DNA of 64,000 nucleotides from Octopus sinensis (GCF_006345805.1 NC_043006.1:48918001-48982000); one strand, 5' to 3'; numbered from the stretch's first letter, positions 38,567 through 51,959 are shown. The notes: a model not told the origin generated them from the sequence alone. A program made the numbers and translations.

Positions 38567-38654
<88 letters not shown>

Positions 38655-39420
38655 ATGTGTTATATGTTTGTGTATCTGTGTTTGTCCCCCCAACATTACT
38701 TGACAACTGATGCTGGTATGTTACGCCCCCGTAACTTAGCAGTTCGGCAAAAGAGACCGATAGAATAAGCATTAGGCTTACAAAGAATAAGTCTTGGGAT
38801 CGATTTGATTCGACTAAAGGTGGTGCTCCAGCATGGCCGCAGTCAAAAGACTGAAACAAGTAAAAGAATAAAAGAAAAGAAAGAATATTAATACAAGAGA
38901 ACATATGTTATGGGGTGGTGACACAGAGCATCAGCATGCTAGGGCTTGCACTGTGGCAGAAAGTGAAAATATAACAATCAGCCAGAGGCCCTTTTTTGGA
39001 AATGGTCTAGAATTTTTGATCATGTAGCAGCTGTTCTGCCCCAGATTTTGTGAGCTGAGCCTAAGTATGGTATTCACTAGAGTTTGTATAGGTCCAACAG
39101 ATGTTTAAAGGTTTACAAAAGTGCAAAGCATTATAATGAAATTACACATGGAATGTAACAGTTGTTGCTGAAGCTCAGGTCATCCCAGCCTTAATGATGA
39201 AAAGCATTCCAGCTATGACCATCATGCCTTTTAATTATTAACTAAGACTCCCTTATCTATTGTTTCTTTCTCTTTCGTAAGAAGGTGGGAACATAATTCA
39301 AAAGAGATTTGACTGCTATTTCTAGCTGGTCAAGTAACCATGTAGTAGATCCATTCTTGGCTCATTGTGTAGCGTAGAAAGTATTTGATGTGGTTTCAAA
39401 ATTATCATTAGGTTTTACAT

Positions 39421-39822
39421 TCTTTTACTTGTTTCGGTCATTTTGACTGCGACCATGCTGGAGCACCGCCTTTAGTCGGGCAAACTGACCCCAGCACTTA
39501 TTCTTTGTAAGCCTAATGCTTATTCTATCGGTCTCTTTTGCTGAACTACTAATGTTACAGAGACGTAAACACATCAGCATCAGTTGTCAAGCAATGGTGG
39601 GGGGACAAACACACACATGCACACACGCACGCACGCACACACACACATACACACACACATATATACAACAGATTTTTTCAGTTTCCGTAAACTAAATTCA
39701 CTCACAAGGCTTTAGTCGACCCGAGGCTATAGTAGAAGACAGTTGCCCACGGTGCCACGCAGTGGAACTGAACCCAGGACCATGTGGTTGGTAAGCAAGC
39801 TACTTACCACACAGCCACTCCT
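39421..39822 (-). mobile_element. SINE family A
   Basis: Full-length consensus match. Confidence 0.85.
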
Positions 39823-40431
39823 TAAGGTTTAATTATAAAATATTGTAAAAATGCTAAAAAAAATTACATTTCCTTGTAATTAAATAGTATGCAGTGGGAC
39901 TGGAATTTCATGGTGTCACTGGTAAGTTCCAGTAACAAGCCATGCCAGTTAAAATGTTTAACTATGTTCCCTTTTGGAACCAGTGTTTCGTCAGTCAGGT
40001 AAACTGGAGCAAGCAGAGTTGTATACCTTTGCTGAGGGGCATAACCTGGCTGAAGTGAGGTTTGAACTTATGACCATTGTTTCTCTTGCCTAGTACCTTA
40101 ACTTCATGCCCATTGTACCTCTGAATCCATTCTACAAATCTGTTACAACAATGTAGTTCATATGGGGGGGGCGCATTGCTTAGTGGTTAGGGTGTTGAAC
40201 TCATGATCGTAAGGTGTGGTTTCGATTCCTGGATTGGATCGGGCTACGCATTATGTTCTTAAGCAAGACACTTCATTTCACATTACTCCAGTCCACTCAG
40301 CTGGCAAAAATGAGTGATCCTGCGACGAACCGGCGTCCCATCCAGGCGGGGAATTTCTACGCCACTGAAACCGGGAAACCGGTCCTTATGAGCCTGGCAT
40401 GGCTCAAGAAGGAACATTTATTTTATTATTA

Positions 40432-40563
40432 TTATTATACAGTAGTCTTATTTTTATCAAGTGCTTTCACTGCACTACCGAGGGCAGCTCTGTGCACCTT
40501 GGGCACGATCTGTGGTTTGTTGTGGTGCGCTTAATTTCACTGTATTGAAAGTGTTTTACGCAG
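40432..40563 (-). mobile_element. Shorter copy of the same Dong/R4-type 3' end
   Basis: LRKTLSIQ* plus the same 3' UTR as 42062-42200, abutting (ATT)n. Confidence 0.7.
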
Positions 40564-40878
40564 TGCTTACATGCAATATGCAGTAACTGCTGCAAATTTT
40601 TGAGACATCCTTTTATGCACAACTACTGTACATTCTTCAGATCTGTCTCTCTCTCTCTCTCTCCTGCTGCTGCCGACCTGATATGTTTTAATCTGCTCAT
40701 CAACAGCAGCGTAACATCTTATTCTCAGACACAAGACTTCTTAACTGTCTAGCTAAAAATTGCCAGTCAGTCATAGTTATAGCCATATGATTCCTCTTAG
40801 TCTTTCTGAGAAATGCTTCAAATCAAGGCAATTGCTGAAGAGAGAAAAAAGGGACACTTTTACTTTCACCTTTTTTTT

Positions 40879-40914
<36 letters not shown>

Positions 40915-41088
40915 TATTTATTTATTTAAGTTTGAAATTTCAAACCCAAACTGAGTAAAGGGGGGAAACATTTTGCAATTTGAAATTGGAAAAAGAAGAA
41001 AAAGAGGAGGAAGGGGCTTTTAAAACTGAGAAAGATTTTTGTGAAAAGAGAAGAAAAAAAAACAAATACTGATTATTTAAACTGTTTC

Positions 41089-41122
<34 letters not shown>

Positions 41123-41464
41123 GGTGAAGGCGCATGGCTTAGTGGTTAGAGCATCGAGCTTACGATCGTGAGGTTGTGAGTTCGATTCCCAGGCTGGGCT
41201 GCATGTTGTGTTCTTGAGCAAGACACTTTATTTCACGTTGCTCCTGTTCACTCAGCTGTAGAAATGAGTTGCGACGTCACTGGTGCCAAGCTGTATCGGC
41301 CCCTTTGCCTTTCCCTTGGATAACATCAGTGGTGTGGAGAGGGGAGGCTGGTATGCATGGGCAACTGCTGGCCTTCCATAAAACAACCTTGCCCGGACTT
41401 GTGCCTGGGAGGGTAACTTTCTAGGTGCAATCCCACGGTCAGTCATGACCGAAGGGGGGTCTCA

Positions 41465-41504
<40 letters not shown>

Positions 41505-41794
41505 TGTTAGCATGTGGGATGAAATGCTTAGCGGCATTTTGTCTGTCTTTATGTTCTGAGTTCTAATTCCACTGAGGCTGACTCTGCCTTTCAGGGTTGA
41601 TAAAATAAATACCAGGGGTCAACGTAATCAATTTACCCTCGACCCTGAAATTGCTGGCCTTGTGCCAAAATTTGAAATCATCATCATCATTATTATCCTT
41701 GTAATTTCTTTATCATCATCATCATCATCATCATCATTCTTATAATTTCATTATCATCATCATCATCATTCTTATAATTTTATTATCATCATCG

Positions 41795-41829
<35 letters not shown>

Positions 41830-42061
41830 ATGGTGAGCTGGCAGAATCATTAGCACGCTGGGCAAAATGCTTAAGCGATATTTCGTCTGTCATTCCGTTC
41901 TAATTTCAAATTCTGCCGAGGTCGACTTTGCTTTTCATCCTTTCAGGGTTGATAAATTAAGTACCAGTTGAAGAACACTGGATCCGATCAAATCGACTGG
42001 CCCCTCCCCAAACATTTCAGGCCTTGTGCCTATAACAGAAAGTATTATTATTATTATATTA

Positions 42062-42345
42062 TTATTATACAGTAGTCTTATTTTTATCATGTGCTTTCAC
42101 TGCACTACCGAGCGCAGCTCTGTGTGCCTCAGGCATGTGATGTGGTTTGTTGTGGTGCTCTTACTTTCACTGTATTGAAAGTGTTTTACGTAGGATGTGT
42201 TCGGTGCCTAGTAGTGTTATTTTCTGTAATATATACTTGTAATGTCCTGGTGTTTTTGTTATGTATTTATCTGAACGTTTTTTTTATCATACCTAATGTG
42301 CCTACTTTCATAGGAATTGTTTCAGTTTTTAGGTTCCAATTTTGT
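42062..42345 (-). mobile_element. Dong/R4-type (RLE) LINE 3' end inserted in (TAA)n
   Basis: Encodes WNLKTETIPMKVGTLGMIKK/.../TKTPGHYKYILQKITLLGTEHILRKTLSIQ* plus 3' UTR; (ATT)n on both flanks. Confidence 0.75.
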
Positions 42346-42704
42346 AATTATTATTATTATTACGATGGCAAGCTGGTAGAATCAGTGCATTGGACGAAAT
42401 GCTCAGTGGTATTTCTTGCAGCTTTACATTCGGAGTTCAAATTCTGCCAAAGCCGACTTTGCTATGCATTCTTTGATGGTAAATGGTATTGACTAACGAC
42501 TCAAAATTTCTTCACTTAAATTATACGCACTGAATTTTAATTCATATTTAAATATCCTTTATTTTTTTTTAATTTACTCTCAGCCAAATGTTCGTTTTTG
42601 TGAAAACATTTAATTTTTATCAGTTGGAAATTTTAAAAACCAAGAAAAAAAAAAGAAAAGCTGTATCTATACAAAACGATGGGAAAAGGAACAAAAATGA
42701 AAGT

Positions 42705-43450
42705 TAGAAAAGGAGAGAGAGAAAGGGAGAGGAAAAGAAAGAGAGAGAAAGGGAGAGGAAAAGAGAGAGAAAGGGAGAGGAAAAGAAAGAGAGAGAAAGG
42801 GAGAGGGAAAGAAAGAGAGAGAAAGGCAGAGGAAAAGAAAGAGAGAAAGGGAGAGGAAAAGAAAGAGAGAGAACGGGAGAGGAAAAGAAAGGGAGAGGAA
42901 AAGAAAGAGAGAGAAAGGGAGAGGAAAAGAAAGAGAGAGAAAGGGAGAGGAAAAGAAAGAGAGAGAACGGGAGAGGAAAAGAAAGGGAGAGGAAAAGAAA
43001 GAGAGAGAAAGGGAGAGGAAAAGAAAGAGAGAGACGGGAGAGGAAAAGAAAGGGAGAGGGAAAGAAAGAGAGAGAAAGGGAGAGGGAAAGAAAGAGAGAA
43101 AAGGAGAGGAAAGAAGAGAGAGAAAGGAGAGGAAAGAAAAGAGAAAGGAAGGAAGGAAGGGAGAGGAAAAGAAAGGGAGAAAAAGAAAGGGAGAGGAAAA
43201 GAAAGAGAGAGAAAGGAAGAAAAGAAGAGAGAGAACGATAGGAAAGAAAGAGAGAAAGGGAAGGAAAAGAAAGATAGAGAAAGGCAGAGGAAAAGAAAGA
43301 GAGAGAAGGGAGAGGAAAAGAAAGAGAGAGAAAGGGAGAGGAAAAGAAAGAGAGAGAAAGGGAGAGGGAAAGAAAGGGAGAGGAAAAGAAAGAGAGAGAA
43401 AGGGAGAGGAAAAGAAAGAGAGAGAAAGGGAGAGGGAAAGAAAGAGAAAT
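42705..43450. repeat. Polypurine minisatellite (about 26-bp GGGAGAGGAAAAGAAAGAGAGAGAAA)
   Basis: About 740 nt almost exclusively A/G on the + strand. Confidence 0.95.
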
Positions 43451-44066
43451 AGAGCAATATAGTGGCAGAGAGAGAAAAACAGAAAGGAAGAAAGAATGAG
43501 AATAAAAAAAAAAAGGGTAACATGGAAGAGCCCTTTTTTTTATTATTATTATTATAATACTTCCCATTCTTTAACTTCCGCTTTCTATTAGATTACCCTT
43601 ATTTTCTGGTCTCTTAGTCGTAAAATAACAACGACGACGACAACAACAACAACAACAATAACAATAATAACGACAGCAGCAGCAACGTAAACATCAACAT
43701 CAACATCGTGTACGCGAAGTGATGAAACTAGAAATGACAACAACACTAACAAAAACCCAAAAAGGAAACAAGGCTTCCATTTGTAAACCGTATTGATTCA
43801 TTCATACTGTGTGGGATTGATGACAACTGTCAACTGATGCAGGAGAGACAGACACAGGCACAGACAGACAGACAGACGGGCAGACAGACAGAGACACAGG
43901 CAGACAGAGGGACAGACAGACGATTTCGTGCTTCACCACCACCACTACCACCACCACCACAACCACCACCACCATCGCACTTTCTTGTCTCTCCACATTC
44001 CATTATTCTTTGTTCTTTTGATTCAACATCCCTCTTGGGTTCTTTGTTCCCCTTCAGCCCTCACCC

Positions 44067-44108
<42 letters not shown>

Positions 44109-44599
44109 CACACGTACACACGCACACATTCCTTCATTCTTTCTTCTGTCAATCCTCCCTGGTTCTTCATGCTTCACCCTCTCTCCTCTTCCTCCTCCTC
44201 TTTCCTCTCACGCTCACTCCCTTTAACATGCACGCACGCACACTCGCATGCACACACACGCATGCACACATACTATACACACATCTTGCTCCCTTTCAGC
44301 CTTCATTTAGGTTTATAGTTTGTTTTTGTTTTTTTCTTTTATTATTATTATTATTATTATTTTGCTCTCAAAATCTTCTGTTTCCTTCAATTTATTCACT
44401 GACTTCTCTTGTTCTAGATGTTATTTCAATGTTCTCTTCACCTTAAACGAAGCCTATAAAACAAAAATTACTTTGTCGGTGGTGGTGGTGGTGACGGTGG
44501 TGGGTTAAGCTAATTGAAATAAAATCTATTGAATATTTTCTTTAATTAACTCAAATGAAGAGAGCCAAAAACGGGGAAAAAAACTAAAAAATTAAAACT

Positions 44600-45189
44600 A
44601 TGCATGTAAGTGCAGGCACGGTTCCAGGTTCAGTCCCATTGCATGGAACCTTGGGCAAGTGTTTTCAACTACAGCCTCAAGCCGACCAAAGTCTTGTGAT
44701 TGGATTTGGTGGACAGAAGCTGAAAGAAGATCGTCATATATATATATGTGTGTGTGTGTGTGTCTGTCCTCTCATCACCACTTGACAACTGGTGTTGGTG
44801 TGTTTACATCCCTGTAACATTAGCGGTTCAGCAAAAGAGACCGATAGCATAAGTACTAGGCTTAAGAAGAAAAAAAGTCCAGGTGTCAATCTGCTTGACT
44901 AAAAAACACTTCAAGGTGGTGCTCCAGCATGGCCCCAGTCAGATGACTGAAACACGTAAAAGAATAAAGAATGTAAAATACTATTGCATATTCTTTACAA
45001 AACTATCAGCAAAATAAGTGTAGGGGTGGCTGTGTGGTAAGTAGCTTGCTTACCAACCACATGGTTCCAGGTTCAATCCCACTGCATGGAACCTTGGGCA
45101 AGTGTCTTCTACTATAGCCTCGGGCCGACCAAAGCCTTGTGAGTGGATTTGGTAGACGGAAACTGAAAGAAGCCCATCGTATATATGTG

Positions 45190-45220
<31 letters not shown>

Positions 45221-45300
45221 CTGTGTTTGTCCCCAACATTGCTTGACAATCAATGCTGGTGTGTTTACATCCCCGTAACTTAGCAGTTTGGCAAAGGAGA
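44600..45300 (+). mobile_element. Two tandem SINE family A copies; the second is truncated by family B (45300-45590, minus)
   Basis: Heads at about 44600 and 45020. Confidence 0.8.
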
Positions 45301-47819
45301 ATGCAGCGGCGGACGAAATACCACAAAGCATTTTGCCCGGCGTGCTAACGTTTCTTATTTCTTTATTGCCCGCAAGGGGCTAAACATAGAGGGAACAAAC
45401 ACGGACAGACAAATGGATTAAGTCGATTACATCAACCCCAGTGCGTAACTGGTACTTAATTTATTGACCCCGAAAGGATGAAAGGCAAAGTCAACCTCAA
45501 CAGAATATGAACTCAGAACGCAACGGTGGACAAAATACCACAAAACATTTTGCCTGGCGTGCTAATGTTTCTGCCAGCTCACCGCCTTTGGCTAGCTTCT
45601 GTCAAACTGATAACAAAGCTTAGCTAGCTTCTGTCAAACTGTCCAACCCATGCTTGTATGATAAACAGAAGTTAAATGATGGTGATGATGATGATGAGTT
45701 GGCAGACTGCATCAAGCATGGTTTCTACAGATGGAAGCCCTTCCTAATGACAATCAGTTTACAGAGGGTAACAGCAGCATTTTTTTTCTTGCTTTTTCTT
45801 TTGTGACACCAGCACTAGTGAGGTTGCCATGTAATTCACAAGTCAGAGATGTTATTCCTAAAGTCAAATTAAGCTAATTTTAAAAGTTTGTCTGAATTTT
45901 TTTGAGACGAGGAATTTTCATTATCATTTCTATTGCAAGTCCACAGCTGCAGAAAAATCGAAAGCATAGAAGAAATTTCAGAGACCCAATGTTTAGTGGG
46001 GGAAACTGGAGGTTGTAGTTAGTGCCCGGCCTGGGAAATTATACACTAGAAGAGCAAATGAGAGATAAGATAGTCAAGAAGGCCTAATCAGAAAGGATTT
46101 AAGACCAGCTAGCTCTTAGAATCAGAAACCTATTTGGTAATGGTAAAAAAGAGACAAGAGACAGCATACTCATCACAGAAGCTGGAGTATGTCTGTGAAT
46201 GATTTTATACAAAGAACCTAAGTGGCCCTTCTCTAGATGCAATCCAAGAAGTCTGTGTGTATTTTATGCTATTAACTCAGACTAGTTTCCTCATCTTGGT
46301 TGTTATAGCAACCATATTTTGGCCATTGTATGCTCCAGCCTTCTTTATGTGTGTGTTATATTCAATAATATTTTCTTGGTTTGGACAATGGAATAAGAAC
46401 ACTCTACCCCTGTAGGTTTAATAAAATGTATTGCTTCAAATTCTGAGAACACAACCAATCACTCACCCATCATATGACTGTTAGTATTGGCCTTGTCTAC
46501 ATTCCTATGTCTTAGTGCTTTCCCAAAAGTAACTGACAGTATAAGTATCAGACTTGGAAAATGAAACACCAAGATCAATTTGTTCCACTAAAACCCTTCA
46601 AGGCAGGGCCCTTACTATGGCCACAGACAAATGACTGAAACAAGTAAAAGATAACAATTAAAAGGAAAGCACTAATTGAACTAATTTTTTATTTAGATTC
46701 AAATAAAGCAGTTTCATATTCTAAGAAAAAAAATTCAATAAATTTAGGAATTTTAATGATTTGTGATAAAAAAAAAAAAAAAGAATTTTTTAATTAAAAA
46801 AAAAATTCCAAGAAAAACCTAAAAATTTTTTCCAAAGTGCATAATTGTAATGTTACAGTAGACTGAACAATTATTTGCTTTTTGTTGTTTCTTTAATGGA
46901 AGATTTAGCATTAACACTTTAGCATTCAGATTACTTTGTCAAATGTAATACCTATTTATTTCACATTGTTTTGAATTAACCATGCATTATCTCAAAGCTC
47001 TGAGATTTCAATGATGTGATTGACTATCTTTAGAATGGCATTGTAGAGTAGGTGTGAGAGGTCAGATCTGGCTAGTCTGAACATAAAGCAGTTAGAATAT
47101 TCAAGTCAGATAAAAACGTCTGTGCAGTGCCATGTAGAAACACCTGTGCAGTGCCACGTAAATGCACCCAGCATGTTCTGTAGACTGGAGGCGCAATGGC
47201 CCAGTGGTTAGGGCTGCGGACTCGCAGTCGGAGGATCCCGGTTTCGCTTCCCAGACCGGGCGTTGTGTGTGTTTATTGAGCGGAAACACCTAAAAGCTCC
47301 ATGAGGCTCTGGCAGGGGGTGGTGGTGACCCCTGTTGTACTCTTTCGCCACAACTTTCTCTCACTCTCTCTTCCTGTTTCTTGAGCAACACTGCAATGGA
47401 CTGGTGTTCCGTCCAGCTAGGGGGATCACATACGCCACATACACCAGGAAACCGGGCCCATGAGCCTGGCTAGGCTTGAAAAGGGCGAAAAAAAATCCTG
47501 TAGGAAGGGCATCCAGCCATAGAAACCATGCCACAACAGACGAGTGTGGTGCAGCTTGCCAGCTCTGGTCAAGCCATCCAATCCATACCAGCATGGACAA
47601 CGGACATTAAATGATGATGATGGTGATGAAGAAGCCGGATATAACTGGTCTAAAGGCTAAAAGATTAAACTTGCATAAGAGGAAAACTTGTTTATTACAT
47701 TTACATACAATGTTGGTTTATCGTGTTATTAAGAAGTGTTCCTGTTCCTATGGAAAAGTCTTCAAGTATTTAGCCTTTGTTGCCTGGTTTCAAGTTTGTT
47801 ATTTCCTGATCTACCTTTA

Positions 47820-48010
47820 CCAGTACATCCTGTTTTATTGAAATCCTTTGACAGACCAAAGTTCAGCACACCTTGTATCACAATCCAATGAGGGAACCAA
47901 AACACAAACATTCAACAAAGCAATCTACATGATCACTCGTCTAACGAGAAATAGCAGTCAAATTTCCCTCAAATTACACCCTACCATCCTGAGAAAAGGA
48001 AGGACTTTTT
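47820..48010 (+). repeat. Dispersed repeat with motif gctagaaatagcagccaaatctccctcaaa
   Basis: Related motif at about 8818, 14926, 15031, 19378, 20041(-), 28525(-), 28760(-), 29595, 32910(-), 39300(-); family unassigned. Confidence 0.55.
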
Positions 48011-48019
48011 ATCTGTTAT

Positions 48020-48321
48020 TTTTTCTTTGTTTCAATCATTAGACTGTGGCCATGCTGGGGCACCGCCTTCGAGGGTTGGAGGCAAACAAATCAACTCCAG
48101 TACTTACTCTTTACTCTCCTTTACTCTTTTACTTGTTTCAGTCATTTGACTGCAGCCATGCTGGAGCACCACCTTTAGGACTTATTCTTTGTAAGCCAAG
48201 TACTTATTCTATCAGTCTCTTTGCTAAACCGCTAAGTTACTGGAACGTAACCATACCAGCATCAGTTGTCAAGCGATGTTGGGGGGGACAACACAGACAC
48301 ACACCACACACACACACACAC

Positions 48322-48373
<52 letters not shown>

Positions 48374-48520
48374 TACGACGAGCTTCTTTCAGTTTCCGTC
48401 TACTAAATCCACTCACAAGGCTTTGGTTGGCCCAAGGCTATAGTAGAAGACACTTGCCCAAGGTGCCACGCAGTGGAACTGAATCCGGAACCATGTGGTT
48501 GATAAGCAAGCTACTTACCA
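48020..48520 (-). mobile_element. SINE family A with duplicated tail (similar copy at 50135-50647)
   Basis: gccatgctgg.gcacc tail motif occurs twice in each copy. Confidence 0.8.
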
Positions 48521-49402
48521 CTTGCAAATTCTGGTACTTACTCTATAGGTCTCTTGTGAAATTGGCATGCTAGCGGGACACAAACAAACCAGCATTGGTT
48601 GTCAAGCAGTGAGTCAAGAAGGCAAACAAAAATATGAAGACACATACACAACAACAATGACGAGGAGGGGGGGAGCAAGAGGAGGCGGGGGATGGGAGGA
48701 ACAAGGAGGAGGTGGGAGGAAGAGGAGGAGGAAGAGGATGAGGGGGAGGCAGACAAAGAGATTCATTTGCAGTCAACAGAGATGCTAAAATTGTTATATC
48801 AGATATAACAAAAAAAGATAATAATACACTGCAGTGGTGGAGGTAGGAGATATTAAGTCCAGTTCCTCCTCCTCCTCCTTCACCATCGTCACCATCATCT
48901 CTTGTCCTTCCCCTATTTCTCAATGTGCAAGTTTTCATGCTACCTTTTTTTTTTTTTTAAACATATCTATTTATTCCTTCCCTCCACACACACACACACA
49001 CAAACGCAGGTTTTTTTTTTTTTTCTTCTACTAAAGTGCTGAGGTCAAAGTACACGACTTCTGCTTGAATGAGAGGCCAGTGCACCTATGTCAACACACA
49101 GTTATCACCATTAATAATTACAACAAGCCTCTGACTCTGGTACTCCTCTGTCTTCTCAGAAGGCCATTGGTAGTCATCAGGATGACTCAAATGGACCAGG
49201 GAAATAAGAATAATAAATTATCCTGGGAAATAAAAAGTCTTATAATGGCTCTATTGTCAGTCATAATGCTTTTTGCTTAGTCATAGTTCAGTGTTAACAC
49301 ATAGCCATATGTTAAATCTGAGCCACTGCACTAGTGGATGGGTATTAAGCATAAACATTTAAGACATAATGTGTGTGTGTGTTTTGTGTGTGTGTGTGTG
49401 TG

Positions 49403-49435
<33 letters not shown>

Positions 49436-49552
49436 TGTGTGTTGTGTGTGTGTTTGAACATGTTTGTACATGTGAGTGGATAGATAGATAGATAAATAGA
49501 CAGATAGGTAGGTAGGTAGGTGAATGGATGGACAGACAGAGAGATAGATAAG

Positions 49553-49680
49553 TTTCTTTATTGGCCACACAGGGCTGCACACAGATGGGACAAGTTACAA
49601 GGTAGAGCTTTTCTTTTGGGGGGAGAAAAAAAAAAAAAGGTGGCATAGGTTTTCGATCAAAAGGGATCGTAAAAAGGAAA
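49553..49680 (-). mobile_element. LINE 3' UTR remnant (L1/Tx1-like)
   Basis: Ends ...ccctgtgtggccaataaagaaac next to an (AGAT)n tract; recognised from memory as a recurrent octopus LINE tail. Confidence 0.4.
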
Positions 49681-49725
49681 GAAAAAAGAAAAAGTAGATA
49701 GACAGACAGACAGGGGCAGACAGAC

Positions 49726-49814
<89 letters not shown>

Positions 49815-51693
49815 CAGTCAGACAGACAGATAGATAGATAGATAAGTAGGTAGTTAGATAGGTAAATAGATAGACAGACAGACAGAGAGCAAATTGATTT
49901 ATATATAGAACTTAATAGTCGATATTTTCCAATATTGTTGGAATAATACTGATCCAATGTATTCATTCATATATTACATAATAATATTTCAGCAATAAAC
50001 TTGTGTTAAAGTATCAATGAAACAATTGTAGAATGATGCAATAAAATGAAGTGCCCACTTCATTTCCTTTACTAATGTTCGTATAGATCTGAGGTTCTCA
50101 ACTTGGGTCCATATGACCCTTGGGATTTTGCTATTCTTTTAATCTTTTATTCTTTTATTTGTATCAGTCATTTGACTACAGCCATGCTGGAGCACCACCT
50201 TAATGTGCATCGCTATAAAAATTGTATTTGTTTCGTTTTTTTCCTTTACTTGTTTCAGTCATTTGACTATGGCCATGCTGGAGCACCACCTTTAGTCGAG
50301 CAAATCGACCCCAGGACTTATTCTTTGTAAGCCTAGTACTTATTCTATCGGTCTCTTTTGCCGAACTGCTAAGTTACGGGGACGTAAACACACCAGTATC
50401 GGTTGTCAAGCGATGTTGGGGGGACAAACACTAACACATAAATGCACACACACACACATATATATATATACTTATACATATATACGACAGGCTTCTTTCA
50501 GTTTCCGTCTACCAAATCCACTCACAAAGCTTTGGTCAACCCGAGGCTATAGTAGAAGACACTTGCCCAAGGTGCCACGCAGTGGGAATGAACCCGGAAT
50601 CATGTGATTGGTAAGCATGCTACTTACCACACAGCCACTCCTGCGCCTATGTGCAATAAATTTTTTATACTTCTTACAATCCGCAAAATATAAAAATTTT
50701 TTTTTGCATGAGAAGAAGACCCAGCAAGCCGAGCAAAATCGTAGTTGTAGCAGATACCGGTGTCACACAAATTGGAACCTGTTCCAGTGGCACATAAAAG
50801 CACCCCAGGGTCACATAAACAGCACCTGTACCGGTGGCGTGTAAAAGCACCCATTATCCTCTCACAGTGGTTGGCATTAGGAAAGGCATCCAGCCATAGA
50901 AAACCATGCCAAATCAGATTGGAGTCTGGTGCAGCCTTCCAGCATGGACAACAGATGTTAAATGATGATGGGGTGTGTGTGTGTGTGGTGTGCGCGTGCG
51001 TGCGTGTGTGTGATGGGCTTCTTTTCAGTTTCTATCTATCAGATCCACTCACAAGGCTTTGGTCAGCCTGAGGCTATGGTAGAAGACACTTGCCCAAGGT
51101 GCCACGCAGTAGGACTGAACCTGGAATCACGTGGTAGGGAAGCATGCTTCTTATCACAAAACTTTATGCTCCTGAGTAACTCTTGTTATTCTCAGCTAAT
51201 AGAATAATAAAAATGAATCAAAGGTACAGGTATGGCTGTGCGGTAAGATGTTTGCTTCCCAACCACATGGTTTTAGGTTCAGTCCCACAGTGTGCCAACT
51301 TGAGCAGTGTAGCAACTCGATTGGTAAACAGAAACTGAAAGAAGTTCGTGTTACACGTGTGTGTGTGTGTGTGTGTTTGTCTTTGTGTTTGTTCCCACCA
51401 ACTACTTGATAAGCAGTGTTGGTTTGTTTACATCCCTGTATCTCAGCAGTTCAGTAAAAATAAAAACACTGATAGAGTAAGAACTGAACTTTAAAAAAAA
51501 ACGTAAGTACAGGGGTAATCTGTTCCACTAAAACCCTGCAAAGCAGTGCTTCAGCATGACCACATTCTAATGACTGAAGCGAATAAAAAACGAAAAAATA
51601 TTTCACTTATTTCTGAGGTATATATTTGCTTTTGATGTGAAATTCTTTTTTTTTTTCTTTTGCAACCAAATTGCCAAATTAGGATGAACTTAC

Positions 51694-51785
51694 AAAAGTA
51701 AGAATCGCCATTTTTAAAAATATTCCTTATATTTTCTAGAAATGTTGAAGCGATTCCAAGAAATTCATCCCAAATTCTTTGATGG
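51694..51785 (-). CDS. Candidate exon of an unidentified gene (HQRIWDEFLGIASTFLENIRNIFKNGDSYF)
   Basis: Pyrimidine tract plus AAGCAG acceptor, GTAAGT donor, 92 nt with 30 open codons, in repeat-free sequence. No homolog recognised. Confidence 0.3.
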
Positions 51786-51959
51786 CTGCTTTCATAGAAA
51801 AGGAACAGAAATGATGAAATATATGAAAAAGATACTTAATGATATATAATAAATGGGATACAGAATAAATAATATATGCCAAGCAGATAATTTTACAGAT
51901 GGAAATCGTTTGCACTGAAATTAAAGACAATTCTGACAAACTACAACTGTAAATTAATT

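Larger units (their letters stand above)
38083..38574. mobile_element. Foldback element with about 245-bp arms, Penelope-like pLTR-type
   Basis: 38083-38326 is the near-perfect reverse complement of 38336-38574 (9-nt spacer). The ORF track shows the same peptide start on both strands (MQNVCLWPSSA.YNYYFKDMYYI). Both arms carry hammerhead motifs; flanked by TA-rich sequence. Confidence 0.7.
37476..38880 (+). mobile_element. SINE family A split by two foldback elements
   Basis: 5' half 37476-37640, 3' half 38640-38880, hairpins between. Confidence 0.85.

Noticed and set aside
42633-43567. 257-296-aa E/K/R-rich and F/S/L-rich ORFs
   Set aside because: Translations of the polypurine minisatellite.
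47187-47265. tRNA-like sequences (also 1420-1491, 1680-1749, 40164-40235, 41126-41195, 5611-5665)
   Set aside because: A/B boxes are present but acceptor stems do not close and they run into SINE bodies: SINE heads, not tRNA genes.
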